Below, one piece after another: positions 33,707 to 44,341 of a DNA stretch of 45,069 nt (positions within the stretch are counted from its first letter, which is position 1; each line of letters opens with the position of its first letter). The stretch comes from a phage: sequence record PZ334583.1; one strand, 5' to 3'. The position numbers and the translations under genes are program-made. Below the pieces are notes generated by a model, which searched no databases, had not been told where the DNA came from, and saw only the letters and a program-made list of their open reading frames with translations.

Positions 33707-36108
33707 TGGAAGTACAAGGTTCATTAGGTAGACAAATCCAAGGGATTAGCCAGCAGCCGCCAGCGGTACGCTTGGATGGTCAGTGCACAGCTATGGTTAA
33801 TATGATACCTGATGTAGTGAATGGTACCCAATCACGCATGGGTACAACTCATATTGCGAAGATACTTGATGCGGGGACTGATGACATGGCTACTCATCAT
33901 TATCGCAGAGGTGATGGTGATGAAGAGTATTTCTTCACGTTGAAGAAAGGACAAGTTCCTGAGATATTTGATAAGTATGGGCGCAAATGTAATGTGACTT
34001 CACAAGATGCACCTATGACCTACCTCTCTGAGGTTGTTAATCCAAGGGAAGATGTGCAATTCATGACGATAGCTGATGTTACTTTCATGCTTAATCGTAG
34101 GAAAGTAGTTAAAGCTAGTAGCAGGAAGTCACCTAAAGTTGGAAACAAAGCCATTGTGTTTTGTGCGTATGGTCAATATGGTACATCTTATTCCATTGTA
34201 ATTAATGGGGTCAACGCTGCTAGTTTTAAAACACCGGATGGTGGAAGTGCAGACCATGTTGAACAAATTCGAACTGAACGTATCACTTCTGAATTGTACT
34301 CTAAGTTGCAGCAATGGAGCGGTGTGAGTGACTATGAAATACAAAGAGACGGTACTAGTATATTTATCGAGAGACGGGATGGTGCTAGCTTTACAATAAC
34401 AACCACCGATGGTGCAAAAGGTAAGGACTTAGTGGCTATCAAGAATAAAGTTAGCTCTACTGACCTACTCCCTTCTCGTGCACCTGCTGGTTATAAAGTA
34501 CAAGTGTGGCCTACTGGCAGCAAACCTGAGTCTCGTTACTGGCTGCAAGCTGAGCCTAAAGAGGGAAACCTTGTGTCTTGGAAAGAAACAATAGCTGCTG
34601 ATGTATTACTTGGGTTTGATAAAGGCACAATGCCTTACATTATTGAACGTACAGATATCATCAACGGCATAGCTCAATTCAAGATAAGACAAGGTGATTG
34701 GGAAGATCGTAAAGTAGGGGATGACTTGACTAACCCTATGCCCTCTTTTATTGATGAGGAAGTACCCCAGACAATAGGTGGAATGTTCATGGTGCAGAAC
34801 CGCCTATGTTTTACAGCAGGTGAAGCGGTTATTGCTTCTCGTACATCATACTTCTTCGATTTCTTTCGTTATACGGTTATCTCTGCATTGGCAACTGACC
34901 CATTTGATATTTTCTCAGATGCTAGTGAAGTCTACCAGCTAAAACATGCAGTGACCTTAGATGGCGCTACCGTGTTGTTCTCTGATAAGTCACAATTCAT
35001 ACTGCCAGGAGATAAGCCTTTAGAGAAGTCAAATGCATTGCTTAAGCCTGTTACAACATTTGAAGTGAACAATAAAGTGAAGCCAGTAGTAACTGGTGAA
35101 TCGGTAATGTTTGCCACTAATGATGGTTCTTACTCTGGTGTACGAGAGTTCTATACAGACTCTTATAGTGACACTAAGAAGGCACAAGCAATCACAAGTC
35201 ATGTGAATAAACTCATCGAAGGTAACATTACCAACATGGCAGCAAGCACCAATGTCAACAGGTTACTTGTCACTACCGATAAGTATCGTAACATAATCTA
35301 CTGCTACGATTGGTTATGGCAAGGAACAGACCGTGTACAATCAGCATGGCATGTATGGAAGTGGCCTATAGGTACAAAGGTGCGAGGTATGTTTTATTCT
35401 GGTGAATTACTTTACCTGCTCCTTGAGCGAGGGGATGGCGTATATCTGGAGAGGATGGACATGGGTGATGCACTAACCTACGGTTTGAATGACCGCATCA
35501 GAATGGATAGGCAAGCAGAGTTAGTCTTCAAGTATTTTAAAGCAGAAGATGAATGGGCGTCTGAACCTCTTCCTTGGACTCCTACTAACCCAGAACTTTT
35601 AGATTGCATCTTAATCGAGGGTTGGGATTCATATATTGGTGGCTCTTTCTTATTCAAGTACAACCCTAGTGACAATACTTTGTCTACAACCTTTGATATG
35701 TATGATGACAGTCATGTAAAAGCGAAGGTTATTGTTGGTCAGATTTACCCTCAAGAGTTTGAACCTACACCTGTGGTTATCAGAGACAATCAAGACCGTG
35801 TATCCTATATTGATGTACCAGTTGTAGGATTGGTTCACCTTAATCTTGACATGTACCCCGATTTCTCCGTAGAAGTTAAGAATGTGAAGAGTGGTAAAGT
35901 ACGTAGAGTATTAGCGTCAAACCGTATAGGTGGTGCTCTCAATAATACAGTAGGCTATGTTGAACCGAGAGAAGGTGTCTTCAGATTTCCACTGAGAGCT
36001 AAGAGCACGGATGTTGTTTATCGTATTATTGTAGAGTCACCCCACACATTCCAGCTTCGTGATATTGAGTGGGAAGGGAGCTACAATCCAACCAAAAGGA
36101 GGGTCTAA
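33706..36108 (+). CDS. Tail tubular protein B (gp12-like)
   Basis: 800 aa from ATG 33706 (TAATG overlap, RBS GGGAGGA); N-terminus ...IQGISQQPPAVRLDGQ matches the conserved gp12 GISQQP motif. Confidence 0.9.
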   Translation: MEVQGSLGRQIQGISQQPPAVRLDGQCTAMVNMIPDVVNGTQSRMGTTHIAKILDAGTDDMATHHYRRGDGDEEYFFTLKKGQVPEIFDKYGRKCNVTSQDAPMTYLSEVVNPREDVQFMTIADVTFMLNRRKVVKASSRKSPKVGNKAIVFCAYGQYGTSYSIVINGVNAASFKTPDGGSADHVEQIRTERITSELYSKLQQWSGVSDYEIQRDGTSIFIERRDGASFTITTTDGAKGKDLVAIKNKVSSTDLLPSRAPAGYKVQVWPTGSKPESRYWLQAEPKEGNLVSWKETIAADVLLGFDKGTMPYIIERTDIINGIAQFKIRQGDWEDRKVGDDLTNPMPSFIDEEVPQTIGGMFMVQNRLCFTAGEAVIASRTSYFFDFFRYTVISALATDPFDIFSDASEVYQLKHAVTLDGATVLFSDKSQFILPGDKPLEKSNALLKPVTTFEVNNKVKPVVTGESVMFATNDGSYSGVREFYTDSYSDTKKAQAITSHVNKLIEGNITNMAASTNVNRLLVTTDKYRNIIYCYDWLWQGTDRVQSAWHVWKWPIGTKVRGMFYSGELLYLLLERGDGVYLERMDMGDALTYGLNDRIRMDRQAELVFKYFKAEDEWASEPLPWTPTNPELLDCILIEGWDSYIGGSFLFKYNPSDNTLSTTFDMYDDSHVKAKVIVGQIYPQEFEPTPVVIRDNQDRVSYIDVPVVGLVHLNLDMYPDFSVEVKNVKSGKVRRVLASNRIGGALNNTVGYVEPREGVFRFPLRAKSTDVVYRIIVESPHTFQLRDIEWEGSYNPTKRRV

Positions 36109-36854
36109 TGGCTATAGGTTCAGCCGTTATGGCTGGTATGTCTTCTATTGGTAGTATGTTTGCAGGTAGCGGTGCAGCAGCCGCTGCTGGTGGTACTGCC
36201 GCAGCAGCAGGAGGGACAGCCGCCGCAGGTGGCGGAGGTTTGCTTGGCTCCCTTGGTAGTTTCTTAGGAGGTTCTTCTGCTGGCTTCTCTAATGCAGGAC
36301 TGCTTAGTGCAGGTATGCAAGGTCTTGGTCTTCTAGGCAATCTTTTTGGTGGAAGCGATGAAGCCAAAGCTATGAAGAAAGCTCAGGAGGAGCAATGGCG
36401 GCAGCAGTTAATTGCTACACAAGAAGCATATAAGACAGTGGCAGATGCAGAACGCTCTGCTGCTAAACAGTATCATGCGGATGCAATAAGCAATCAGGCT
36501 TCACTACTGCAGCAGAGAGCACAGGTTGCATTGCTTGCTGGTGCTACTGGTACTGGTGGTAACTCTGTGTCTTCTATGCTGAATGACTTAGCAGCAGAAG
36601 GCGGAAGGAACCAGAGTACAATTATCGATAACTATGAGAATCAGAAGATTAACTTCACCAACCAGCTTAAGTCCATCCAACGTGGTGGTCAGATGCAGAT
36701 GCGTGAGTTTAAGAAACCTTCTGCCGTGAGCACCTTGGTGCAAGGTATACCGAGTCTGGCATCTGCCTATGTAACAGGTAGTAAGTCCGGCATGGCTTTA
36801 GGTAAAGCTTTAACTGATTCTCGTACATATTCATCTGGAACAAGAGGTATTTAA
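36108..36854 (+). CDS. Internal virion protein A (gp14-like), Gly/Ala-rich N-terminus
   Basis: ATG 36108 (TAATG overlap, RBS AAAGGAGGG). Confidence 0.75.
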   Translation: MAIGSAVMAGMSSIGSMFAGSGAAAAAGGTAAAAGGTAAAGGGGLLGSLGSFLGGSSAGFSNAGLLSAGMQGLGLLGNLFGGSDEAKAMKKAQEEQWRQQLIATQEAYKTVADAERSAAKQYHADAISNQASLLQQRAQVALLAGATGTGGNSVSSMLNDLAAEGGRNQSTIIDNYENQKINFTNQLKSIQRGGQMQMREFKKPSAVSTLVQGIPSLASAYVTGSKSGMALGKALTDSRTYSSGTRGI

Positions 36855-39802
36855 TGGCAATTGAGCGACAAGCAGTACAAGGTCTGCCACAAGTGCAGGC
36901 CACTTCTCCTAATGTCATGACCTTTGCACCTCAGCGAGTTGGAGGTGTGGAGGCTGGCGTAGCTTCTACCTCCGGTAGTCGATTTATCGAAGACCTTATT
37001 CGAGCAGCCAGTAGTGTAGCTGATGTAACCACTGGTATCCTTAATCAAAAGATTGAGGAAGATAAGGTTGTTCAAATGGAACGGGCATATAACGGATTAA
37101 TGCCTTCTGAGGATGCAACTCGTGGTGGCGCTCGTGCTAACATGCTTGTCAAAGCTCAACTGCTAGCTAATGATGAAGCAGCACGAATGAAAGACATGGC
37201 TACTCGTTTCCAAGGAACGGATGACGAGTGGACACAACTTATGGTTGACTCTCGTAATGAGATGCAGAATAAGCTGTTCCAGCAATACCCTGAGTTGCAA
37301 GGTGACAAAGATACTATGCGTATGGTCACTAATGTCTTCCAAGAACAGCAGCCTCAGATTTGGGCGACACGAACCCAGCATAAACTTGACCGTGAACAAG
37401 CAGACCGTGAGGATACCTTTGACGGGCGAGTGGCTTCTACTTGGGATTCTAATATTGACCCTGAAGCATCTGGCTATGCTTTACAGGAACGAATCCGCGA
37501 AGGTCTTACTCAAGGATTACTACCTGAACAGATGCACAAGAAGTTAGTCCAGCGAGCAATTTCACTTGCACAAGGCGGTGATGTTAGCATGGCTGAAGCC
37601 CTGAAGTATGTGAAGGACGATAAGGGTGTTTCTGTTTATGCTAAGAATCCACAGCTTATCACAGCCATCACTAGTGGTAATGCAGTTTGGGCTAGGAATA
37701 ATGTAGCTGATGTAACTCGTATGTCTTTCGAAGTTAAAGAATCCTACCTTGCAGGTGATTTAACTGATGAAGAATTGTTGGAACGAGCACAGCACATTAA
37801 TAATCTGACAGGTAACTCTGTCTTCTCTAATCCAGAGCTAGAGGCACTGATGCGCCAACGGGCTAAGCAGAATGCAGAGCTAGGTGCAATGCAGGATATG
37901 CGACGTGAGCTTTACTCCGACCGCCTGACTGGCTTCCAAGGTAAGACTGATAAAGAGAAGAAGGCTTACATTGATGTTATCAAACAGGATAGCCAACTTT
38001 ATGCAGACCAGCAAATCAAACAACGTGGCTTGGACCCTTACAGTCAAGAGGCTGAAGCTATTCGTGGTGCAGTGGAAGTGCAGCGCCTGCAATTCATGAA
38101 CTCCAAAGGCTTAGTGGATGATACCTTTGAGTCTCGTATCAAAGCCATGGAATCTATGCTATCGCCTGAGCACTTTGCCAAGGGCGAACCACAGGAGTTG
38201 ATGACTATTCGCCAGTTGTGGGAACAGTTGCCAGAAGAGAGCCGAGGTGTCTTTGGTGACACGGTGAATGGCTACATGGATAACTACAACACTGCACTAC
38301 AAATGGGAGAGACACCTTTGCAGGCTGCAAGGTTTGCGCGTGAAGCACAGCAGAAATTCTCTCGTACTGAGAAGGAAACCAAGAAGTTCAACTCAGCTAT
38401 TGGAGATGCACTGGATGAGGTATCTGGTGCTGGCTGGTTTGATGGTAAAACCGAAGTGTCAGACTTAGGTAAAGCTATTGCGGAAGAAGAGTTACGAGCT
38501 AAGGCCAATATGTTGTGGTCTAGTGGTATGCGTAACATGGATTCTATCAAGAAGGCTTTAATTACTTGGGGCAATAAACGCTACACTCAAACAGAGGATG
38601 CAAAGACTTCCGGTGGCTATTTCATTAAAGGTGATTACACTTCTGCATCTGATATGCTTATGTCAGTTGGGAAAGGCGTAAACCCTACCGATGTACCTCT
38701 GGCGCTTGGTAGGTATGTAGAAACACAGATGCCAGAATTGAAGAAGGAGCTTCAAGAGTGGGAAACTAAAGATGATATATACATTGATTACAATGAACAG
38801 AAAGGTACTTTCGTGATTCGTGCTGGTGCAGCAGGTCGCCCTCTTTCTGGAGTAATCCCTGTAACCTCTTTAGATACCACTTCACTACTAGATTCTGCCT
38901 ATCAGAAGAAAGTAGAGGAACGAGATAAAGGCGAGTATGTTCACCCTTATCGTACAGATATTGGTGCACAAGAGCCTATGCCAGCTAAACCCACTGCCAA
39001 AGATATTGGTAAATTTGGACTAGCTAACTTCCTCATGTCTTCTGCTTTTGCTTCTGGTGAGAATCTGCCTTCTAACTTCGAGATTAACTATCGAGGTAAT
39101 ATGCAACAATTCTATGACAAGCTAGCTATGGATGAGAATAAAGATAAAGTTGGCTTTAATAAGGCAACTGGAACCTTTACTCCATATAAAGATGCTCACG
39201 GTGAGTCTATCGGTTACGGTCATTTCTTAACGGAAGAAGAGAAGAGAAACGGGTATATTAAGATTGGTGATGAACTAGTTCCCTATCGAGGGTCTATGTC
39301 TCAGCTTACAGAGAGCAAGGCTCGCGCTCTTATGGAGCAAGATGCCAAGAAGCATGTGCCTCCTACTCGTGACTGGAAGATTCCGTTTGACCAGATGCAT
39401 CCTGCACAGCAACGTGGTTTGATGGATTTAACCTACAATTTAGGTAAAGGTGGAATCCAGAACTCACCGCGTGCTCTTGCTGCATTCAAAGCTGGTAAGC
39501 TTACGGAAGGCTTTATCGAAATGCTGGGCACTGCATCAAGTGAAGGTAAACGTATTCCGGGCCTACTGAAGCGACGCGCTGAGGCATACAATATGGCAGC
39601 TGCTGGTGGTGTACCTAAGATCACAGAAGTGGAGACGAGGGAAGATGGCTCTATGTGGGTTAAGTTTGGTGGACCTATGCCAGCAGGCTCTGTTTCTGCG
39701 TGGACGCATAAACGTATTGGAGCCGATGGCTGGTATCAGGTTTATGAGGCTGCACCTACCAAGTTAGCTAAAGACTCTAAGGTAGGTAAAGTTAAATTGT
39801 AG
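36854..39802 (+). CDS. Internal virion protein B (gp15-like) with C-terminal lysozyme-like peptidoglycan hydrolase domain
   Basis: 982 aa; C-terminal region ...GESIGYGHFLTEEE...QQRGLMDLTYNLGKGG...GKRIPGLLKRRAEAYNMA resembles phage lysozyme-type muramidases. Confidence 0.8.
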   Translation: MAIERQAVQGLPQVQATSPNVMTFAPQRVGGVEAGVASTSGSRFIEDLIRAASSVADVTTGILNQKIEEDKVVQMERAYNGLMPSEDATRGGARANMLVKAQLLANDEAARMKDMATRFQGTDDEWTQLMVDSRNEMQNKLFQQYPELQGDKDTMRMVTNVFQEQQPQIWATRTQHKLDREQADREDTFDGRVASTWDSNIDPEASGYALQERIREGLTQGLLPEQMHKKLVQRAISLAQGGDVSMAEALKYVKDDKGVSVYAKNPQLITAITSGNAVWARNNVADVTRMSFEVKESYLAGDLTDEELLERAQHINNLTGNSVFSNPELEALMRQRAKQNAELGAMQDMRRELYSDRLTGFQGKTDKEKKAYIDVIKQDSQLYADQQIKQRGLDPYSQEAEAIRGAVEVQRLQFMNSKGLVDDTFESRIKAMESMLSPEHFAKGEPQELMTIRQLWEQLPEESRGVFGDTVNGYMDNYNTALQMGETPLQAARFAREAQQKFSRTEKETKKFNSAIGDALDEVSGAGWFDGKTEVSDLGKAIAEEELRAKANMLWSSGMRNMDSIKKALITWGNKRYTQTEDAKTSGGYFIKGDYTSASDMLMSVGKGVNPTDVPLALGRYVETQMPELKKELQEWETKDDIYIDYNEQKGTFVIRAGAAGRPLSGVIPVTSLDTTSLLDSAYQKKVEERDKGEYVHPYRTDIGAQEPMPAKPTAKDIGKFGLANFLMSSAFASGENLPSNFEINYRGNMQQFYDKLAMDENKDKVGFNKATGTFTPYKDAHGESIGYGHFLTEEEKRNGYIKIGDELVPYRGSMSQLTESKARALMEQDAKKHVPPTRDWKIPFDQMHPAQQRGLMDLTYNLGKGGIQNSPRALAAFKAGKLTEGFIEMLGTASSEGKRIPGLLKRRAEAYNMAAAGGVPKITEVETREDGSMWVKFGGPMPAGSVSAWTHKRIGADGWYQVYEAAPTKLAKDSKVGKVKL

Positions 39803-39819
39803 TACCTAACTCAAGGCTT

Positions 39820-39835
39820 GTCTCACATGTGAGAC
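39820..39835. repeat. Palindrome GTCTCACATGTGAGAC, copy 6, between internal virion protein genes
   Basis: exact sequence read; extended context ggcttgtctcacatgtgagacaggtctttat. Confidence 0.9.
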
Positions 39836-39866
39836 AGGTCTTTATGATAGGCACTATGGAGGAACT

Positions 39867-42800
39867 ATGGAACAAGATATTAAGACTAATTGGGCTGGAT
39901 ATGTCCAGTCTACTCCTGAGCCGTTTTCTATTGAGGCGGCTCCGGTATCGGCTCCTACGATACGCCAGCGTAATGAGTTACAAGAGCAAGTTCTTGAAGC
40001 TAAAGCTGGTGCTGATATCTTAGGTGCTGTAGGTGCTGCCTTCCAGAATGAGTGGTTGGCATTCGGAGGCAAGCGGTGGTATGACCGTGCCACTGCTGAT
40101 TTCACACCTCAACCAGACTTCGAGATACAACCTGAGCAACGTGAAGCACTACGTTTCAAATATGGTACAGATATGATGCAGACAATCACTGAGGGTGTTC
40201 GTTCTGAGGATGAATTGAACTTCCGTATTCAGAATGCTGATGAAGACCTTGAGCGCAATAAGCGCATTGCTCAGGCTGGCTGGGTTGGCTCTGTGGCGAC
40301 GATTGGCGCTGCTGTGCTTGACCCTGTGGGATGGGTTGCCTCTATTCCAACCGGTGGTGCCGCTAAAGTTGGACTCGTAGGCCGTGCTGTGCGTGGCGCT
40401 ATCGCCGCTGGCGTAAGTAATGCCGCTATTGAATCCGTATTGGTCCAAGGTGACATGACTCGTGATTTAGATGACATTATGGTAGCACTAGGTTCCGGTA
40501 TGGCTATGGGTGGCGTTATTGGAGCTGTAGCGCGTGGTAGGGCCACTAAGCTCAGTGAGCAAGGAGATGACAGGGCTGCGAGCATTGTGCGCAGTGCAGA
40601 CGCAGGGGACCGCTATGTGCGTGCTGTTGCTGATGATAGTATCGGTGCGATGCGTGTTAAGGGTGAAGAGGTACTCACTGAGGGTGCATTTGATATCTCT
40701 AGCAAAGGTGAAGATTTGCTGAAAACCCTACAGCGGGAAGGTAATGCAATTGATATGACCCCTCGCCGCTGGGCCGGAACTCTGTCTGCCCTTGGTACTG
40801 TCGTACATTCCTCTCAGGATGCAAGTGTACGCGGCCTTGGTGCTCGCCTGTTTGAGTCCCCCCAAGGCTTAGGTATGCAGAAGGCATCTGCTAGTCTCAT
40901 GCAGAATACTAACTTGAACCGTCTGAAATCTGCTGATATGAATCGTTTCAACGATGGGTTCGATTTATGGCTCAAAGAGAATAATATCAATCCGGTTGCA
41001 GGTCATACTAACTCTCACTATGTGCAGCAATATAATGAGAAGGTATGGGAAGCTGTACGCATCGGTATGGATGAGTCTACGCCTAAGTCTATCCGTATGG
41101 CAGCAGAGGGGCAGCAAGCTATGTATCGTGAAGCATTAGCATTACGTCAACGCTCTGGTGAATCTGGGTTTGAAAAGGTTAAAGCAGATGATAAGTACAT
41201 GCCTGATATTTTTGACAGTATGAAGGCTCGTCGTCAATTCAGTATGCACGATAAAGAGGACATCATTGAGTTATTCTCTCGTGCATACCAGAATGGTTCT
41301 CGTAAGGTTCCAAAGGAAGTGGCTGATGATATTGCACGAGCACAAGTAAACCGCGTTGCTGATGCCACCTTGACCGGACAGCTTAGCTTTGAAAAGGCTA
41401 TGTCTGGTCAAACCAAAGCAGAATATGAAGCACTAATGCGCAAAGCAGGCTTTAGTGATGAAGAGATTGAAAAGATGGTAGAAGCTCTGGATAATAAAGA
41501 AACCAGAGATAATATCTCTAACCGAGCTAAGATGAGTTTAGGCTTAGATGTTACTCAAGAGTACAATGGCATTCGTATGCGTGACTTTATGAACACTAAC
41601 GTGGAAGAGTTAACAGATAACTATATGAAGGAAGCGGCAGGTGGTGCTGCCTTGGCTCGTCAAGGTTTCTCTACCTATCAGGCTGCACTTAATGCAATTG
41701 ATCTTGTAGAGCGAAATGCACGAAATGCAGCTAAAGATACAAAAGCACACGCACAATTTGAAGCGGAGTCGGCTAAGATCCGTCAATCAGAGCCTGATTA
41801 CAAGAAGGCACAAGAGAAGATTGAAGAGTTAAAGAAGCGACTTAAATTGAAAGAGAAAGATGAAGCAGCTGGTCTGGCTATTGATGAAGAAATCCGTCAG
41901 ATGCGAGAAGGGCTTCGCTTGATTATGGGTAAATCTATCGATTCAAACCCACAAGATTTGTCTACTAAAATGCTGCGTCGTGGGCGTGACATTACAGGTG
42001 TACTTCGCTTAGGTCAGATGGGCTTCGCACAGCTAGGTGAACTTGCTAACTTCATGGGTGAGTTTGGTATTGCTGCCACCACTATGGCTTTAGGTAAGCA
42101 ATTCCGCTTCACCTCTAAGGCGTTGCGTAATGGCGATGGCTTCTTCCGAGATAAGAACCTTGCCGAAGTCGAGCGTATGGTTGGTTATATTGGGGAAGAT
42201 AACTGGCTAACAACCAAGGGTGCACGTCCAGATGAGTTCGGAGATGTAACCACAGTAAGAGGGATGATGGCTCACTTTGACCAATCCATGAACTCAATAC
42301 GTCGTGCTCAAACCAACCTATCACTCTTCCGCATGGCACAGGGTTCTCTGGAGCGAATGACCAATAGGCAAATAGCTTTGTCTTTCATTGACCACCTTGA
42401 AGGCAAGAAGATTATTCCTCAGAAGAAACTGGAGGAACTTGGTCTTACTCAGGAGTTCATGACTAACCTACAGAAGCACTATGATGCTAACTCTAAAGGT
42501 TCTGGCTTGCTTGGCTTTGATACAATGCCTTATGCCATGGGTGAAACTTTAGCTAATGCTATTCGTCGTAAGTCAGGTCTAATTATCCAACGTAACTTCA
42601 TTGGTGATGAAGGTATCTGGATGAACAAAGCACTAGGTAAGACATTTGCACAGCTTAAGTCATTCTCTCTTGTATCTGGTGAGAAGCAATTTGGTCGAGG
42701 GATTCGCCACGATAAAATTGGTCTTGCTAAGAAGACAGCTTATGGTTTTGCTTTGGGTTCAATAGTGTATGCGGCAAAAGCCTATGTGAACTCTATTGGT

Positions 42801-43175
42801 CGAGAAGACCAAGATGAATATTTGGAAGAGAAGTTATCGCCTAAAGGGTTGGCCTTTGGTGCAATGGGTATGATGAGTACAACTGCTGTATTTAGTCTAG
42901 GTGGAGATTTCTTAGGTGGCCTAGGTGTTCTACCTTCTGAGTTAGTACAATCCCGTTATGAGGCTGGCTTTCAGACTAAGGGTTTGATAGACCAAATACC
43001 ACTAGTAGGTGTTGGTCAAGATGCATATCGTTTAGCAGATTCTATAACTAAATACGCAGAGGGTGATACAGAAGGTGTAGATGTGGCACGTAGGGCTTTA
43101 CGCTTAGTGCCTCTAGCTAATGTAATAGGAATCCAGAACGCATTGCGTTATGGCTTAGATGAACTGGAGGATTAA
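39867..43175 (+). CDS. Internal core / ejection protein C (gp16-like)
   Basis: 1102 aa; largest virion protein; position after gp15-like. Confidence 0.85.
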   Translation: MEQDIKTNWAGYVQSTPEPFSIEAAPVSAPTIRQRNELQEQVLEAKAGADILGAVGAAFQNEWLAFGGKRWYDRATADFTPQPDFEIQPEQREALRFKYGTDMMQTITEGVRSEDELNFRIQNADEDLERNKRIAQAGWVGSVATIGAAVLDPVGWVASIPTGGAAKVGLVGRAVRGAIAAGVSNAAIESVLVQGDMTRDLDDIMVALGSGMAMGGVIGAVARGRATKLSEQGDDRAASIVRSADAGDRYVRAVADDSIGAMRVKGEEVLTEGAFDISSKGEDLLKTLQREGNAIDMTPRRWAGTLSALGTVVHSSQDASVRGLGARLFESPQGLGMQKASASLMQNTNLNRLKSADMNRFNDGFDLWLKENNINPVAGHTNSHYVQQYNEKVWEAVRIGMDESTPKSIRMAAEGQQAMYREALALRQRSGESGFEKVKADDKYMPDIFDSMKARRQFSMHDKEDIIELFSRAYQNGSRKVPKEVADDIARAQVNRVADATLTGQLSFEKAMSGQTKAEYEALMRKAGFSDEEIEKMVEALDNKETRDNISNRAKMSLGLDVTQEYNGIRMRDFMNTNVEELTDNYMKEAAGGAALARQGFSTYQAALNAIDLVERNARNAAKDTKAHAQFEAESAKIRQSEPDYKKAQEKIEELKKRLKLKEKDEAAGLAIDEEIRQMREGLRLIMGKSIDSNPQDLSTKMLRRGRDITGVLRLGQMGFAQLGELANFMGEFGIAATTMALGKQFRFTSKALRNGDGFFRDKNLAEVERMVGYIGEDNWLTTKGARPDEFGDVTTVRGMMAHFDQSMNSIRRAQTNLSLFRMAQGSLERMTNRQIALSFIDHLEGKKIIPQKKLEELGLTQEFMTNLQKHYDANSKGSGLLGFDTMPYAMGETLANAIRRKSGLIIQRNFIGDEGIWMNKALGKTFAQLKSFSLVSGEKQFGRGIRHDKIGLAKKTAYGFALGSIVYAAKAYVNSIGREDQDEYLEEKLSPKGLAFGAMGMMSTTAVFSLGGDFLGGLGVLPSELVQSRYEAGFQTKGLIDQIPLVGVGQDAYRLADSITKYAEGDTEGVDVARRALRLVPLANVIGIQNALRYGLDELED

Positions 43176-44137
43176 TGAGTTATACTTTCACAGAACATAT
43201 AGCCAACGGCACGCAAGTAACCTATCCCTTTAGCTTTGCTGGTAGGGATAAAGGTTATCTTCGTGCCTCAGATGTGATAGTGGAGTCTCTTCAAGGTAAC
43301 ACTTGGATTGAGGTTACATCTGGCTGGCAACTAACTGGCACGCACCAGATTACTTTTGATGTAGCACCAGTTGCAGGTTTGAAGTTCCGTATTAGAAGGG
43401 AAGTACAAAAGGAGTATCCATACGCTGAGTTTGACCGTGGTGTTACCTTGGATATGAAGTCTTTAAATGGTTCTTTCATTCATATACTGGAGATTACACA
43501 GGAGTTACTTGACGGGTTTTATCCAGAAGGATACTTCATTAAACAGGATGTAAGCTGGGGCGGCAATAAGATTACTGATTTGGCTGATGGCACAAATCCG
43601 GGAGATGCAGTAAATAAAGGGCAGCTTGATGCCATCGACAAGAAGCATACAGATTGGAACGCCAAACAGGACATTGAGATTGCTGGCCTTAAGGCTGGTA
43701 TGACTTCTGGTATTGCGCACAGAACTGTTCCTTGGTACACGATAGCCCAAGGTGGTGAGATTTCCGTAAAACCACCTTATGAATTTCAAGATGCACTAGT
43801 TTTCCTTAATGGGGTGTTGCAGCACCAAATTGTAGGCGCATACTCTATAAGCAACAACACTATCACTTTCGCAGAGCCGCTTGTGGCGGGTACAGAGGTG
43901 TATGTGCTGATTGGTAGTCGTGTGGCTACATCTGAACCTAATATTCAGTTAGAGTTGAACTTTGACTTAGTAGAAGGCCAACAAGTAGTACAGATTGGCT
44001 CTGCATTTAAGTACATTGAGGTCTACCTTGATGGATTATTACAACCTAAACTTGCTTATCAGGTAGACGGTGACATTGTTACTTTCTCAGAGGGAGTGCC
44101 AGAATGCCGGATGACTGCTAAGATTATCACAGCATAA
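43175..44137 (+). CDS. Tail-fibre N-terminal-domain adaptor protein (gp17 N-domain-like) that docks the tailspikes
   Basis: 320 aa; N-terminal region resembles the T7 gp17 N-terminal domain (GDAVNKGQLD motif); no receptor-binding domain of its own. Confidence 0.8.
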   Translation: MSYTFTEHIANGTQVTYPFSFAGRDKGYLRASDVIVESLQGNTWIEVTSGWQLTGTHQITFDVAPVAGLKFRIRREVQKEYPYAEFDRGVTLDMKSLNGSFIHILEITQELLDGFYPEGYFIKQDVSWGGNKITDLADGTNPGDAVNKGQLDAIDKKHTDWNAKQDIEIAGLKAGMTSGIAHRTVPWYTIAQGGEISVKPPYEFQDALVFLNGVLQHQIVGAYSISNNTITFAEPLVAGTEVYVLIGSRVATSEPNIQLELNFDLVEGQQVVQIGSAFKYIEVYLDGLLQPKLAYQVDGDIVTFSEGVPECRMTAKIITA

Positions 44138-44146
44138 GGAGGTAGG

Positions 44147-44341
44147 ATGATTAACTCCGAACTGGTAGATAGTGGTGTGAAGCTTGCGCCACCTGCACTC
44201 GTATCAGGTGGGTACTTCCTCGGTATCAGTTGGGATAATTGGGTGTTAATAGCAACATTCATTTATACCGTGTTGCAAATTGGGGACTGGTTTTATAATA
44301 AGTTCAAGATTTGGAGGGAGAAGCGTGAGCGTACACAATAA
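44147..44341 (+). CDS. Holin, class II (T7 gp17.5-like)
   Basis: 64 aa; RBS AAGGAGG; FIYTVLQIGDWFYNKF corresponds to IAYTVVQIGAKVVDKM of T7 gp17.5; basic C-terminus. Confidence 0.8.
   Translation: MINSELVDSGVKLAPPALVSGGYFLGISWDNWVLIATFIYTVLQIGDWFYNKFKIWREKRERTQ

Noticed and set aside
36026-36367. 113-aa minus-strand Pro/Ala-rich ORF
   Set aside because: Antisense of the Gly/Ala-rich N-terminus of internal virion protein A; an artefact of GC-rich repetitive coding sequence.
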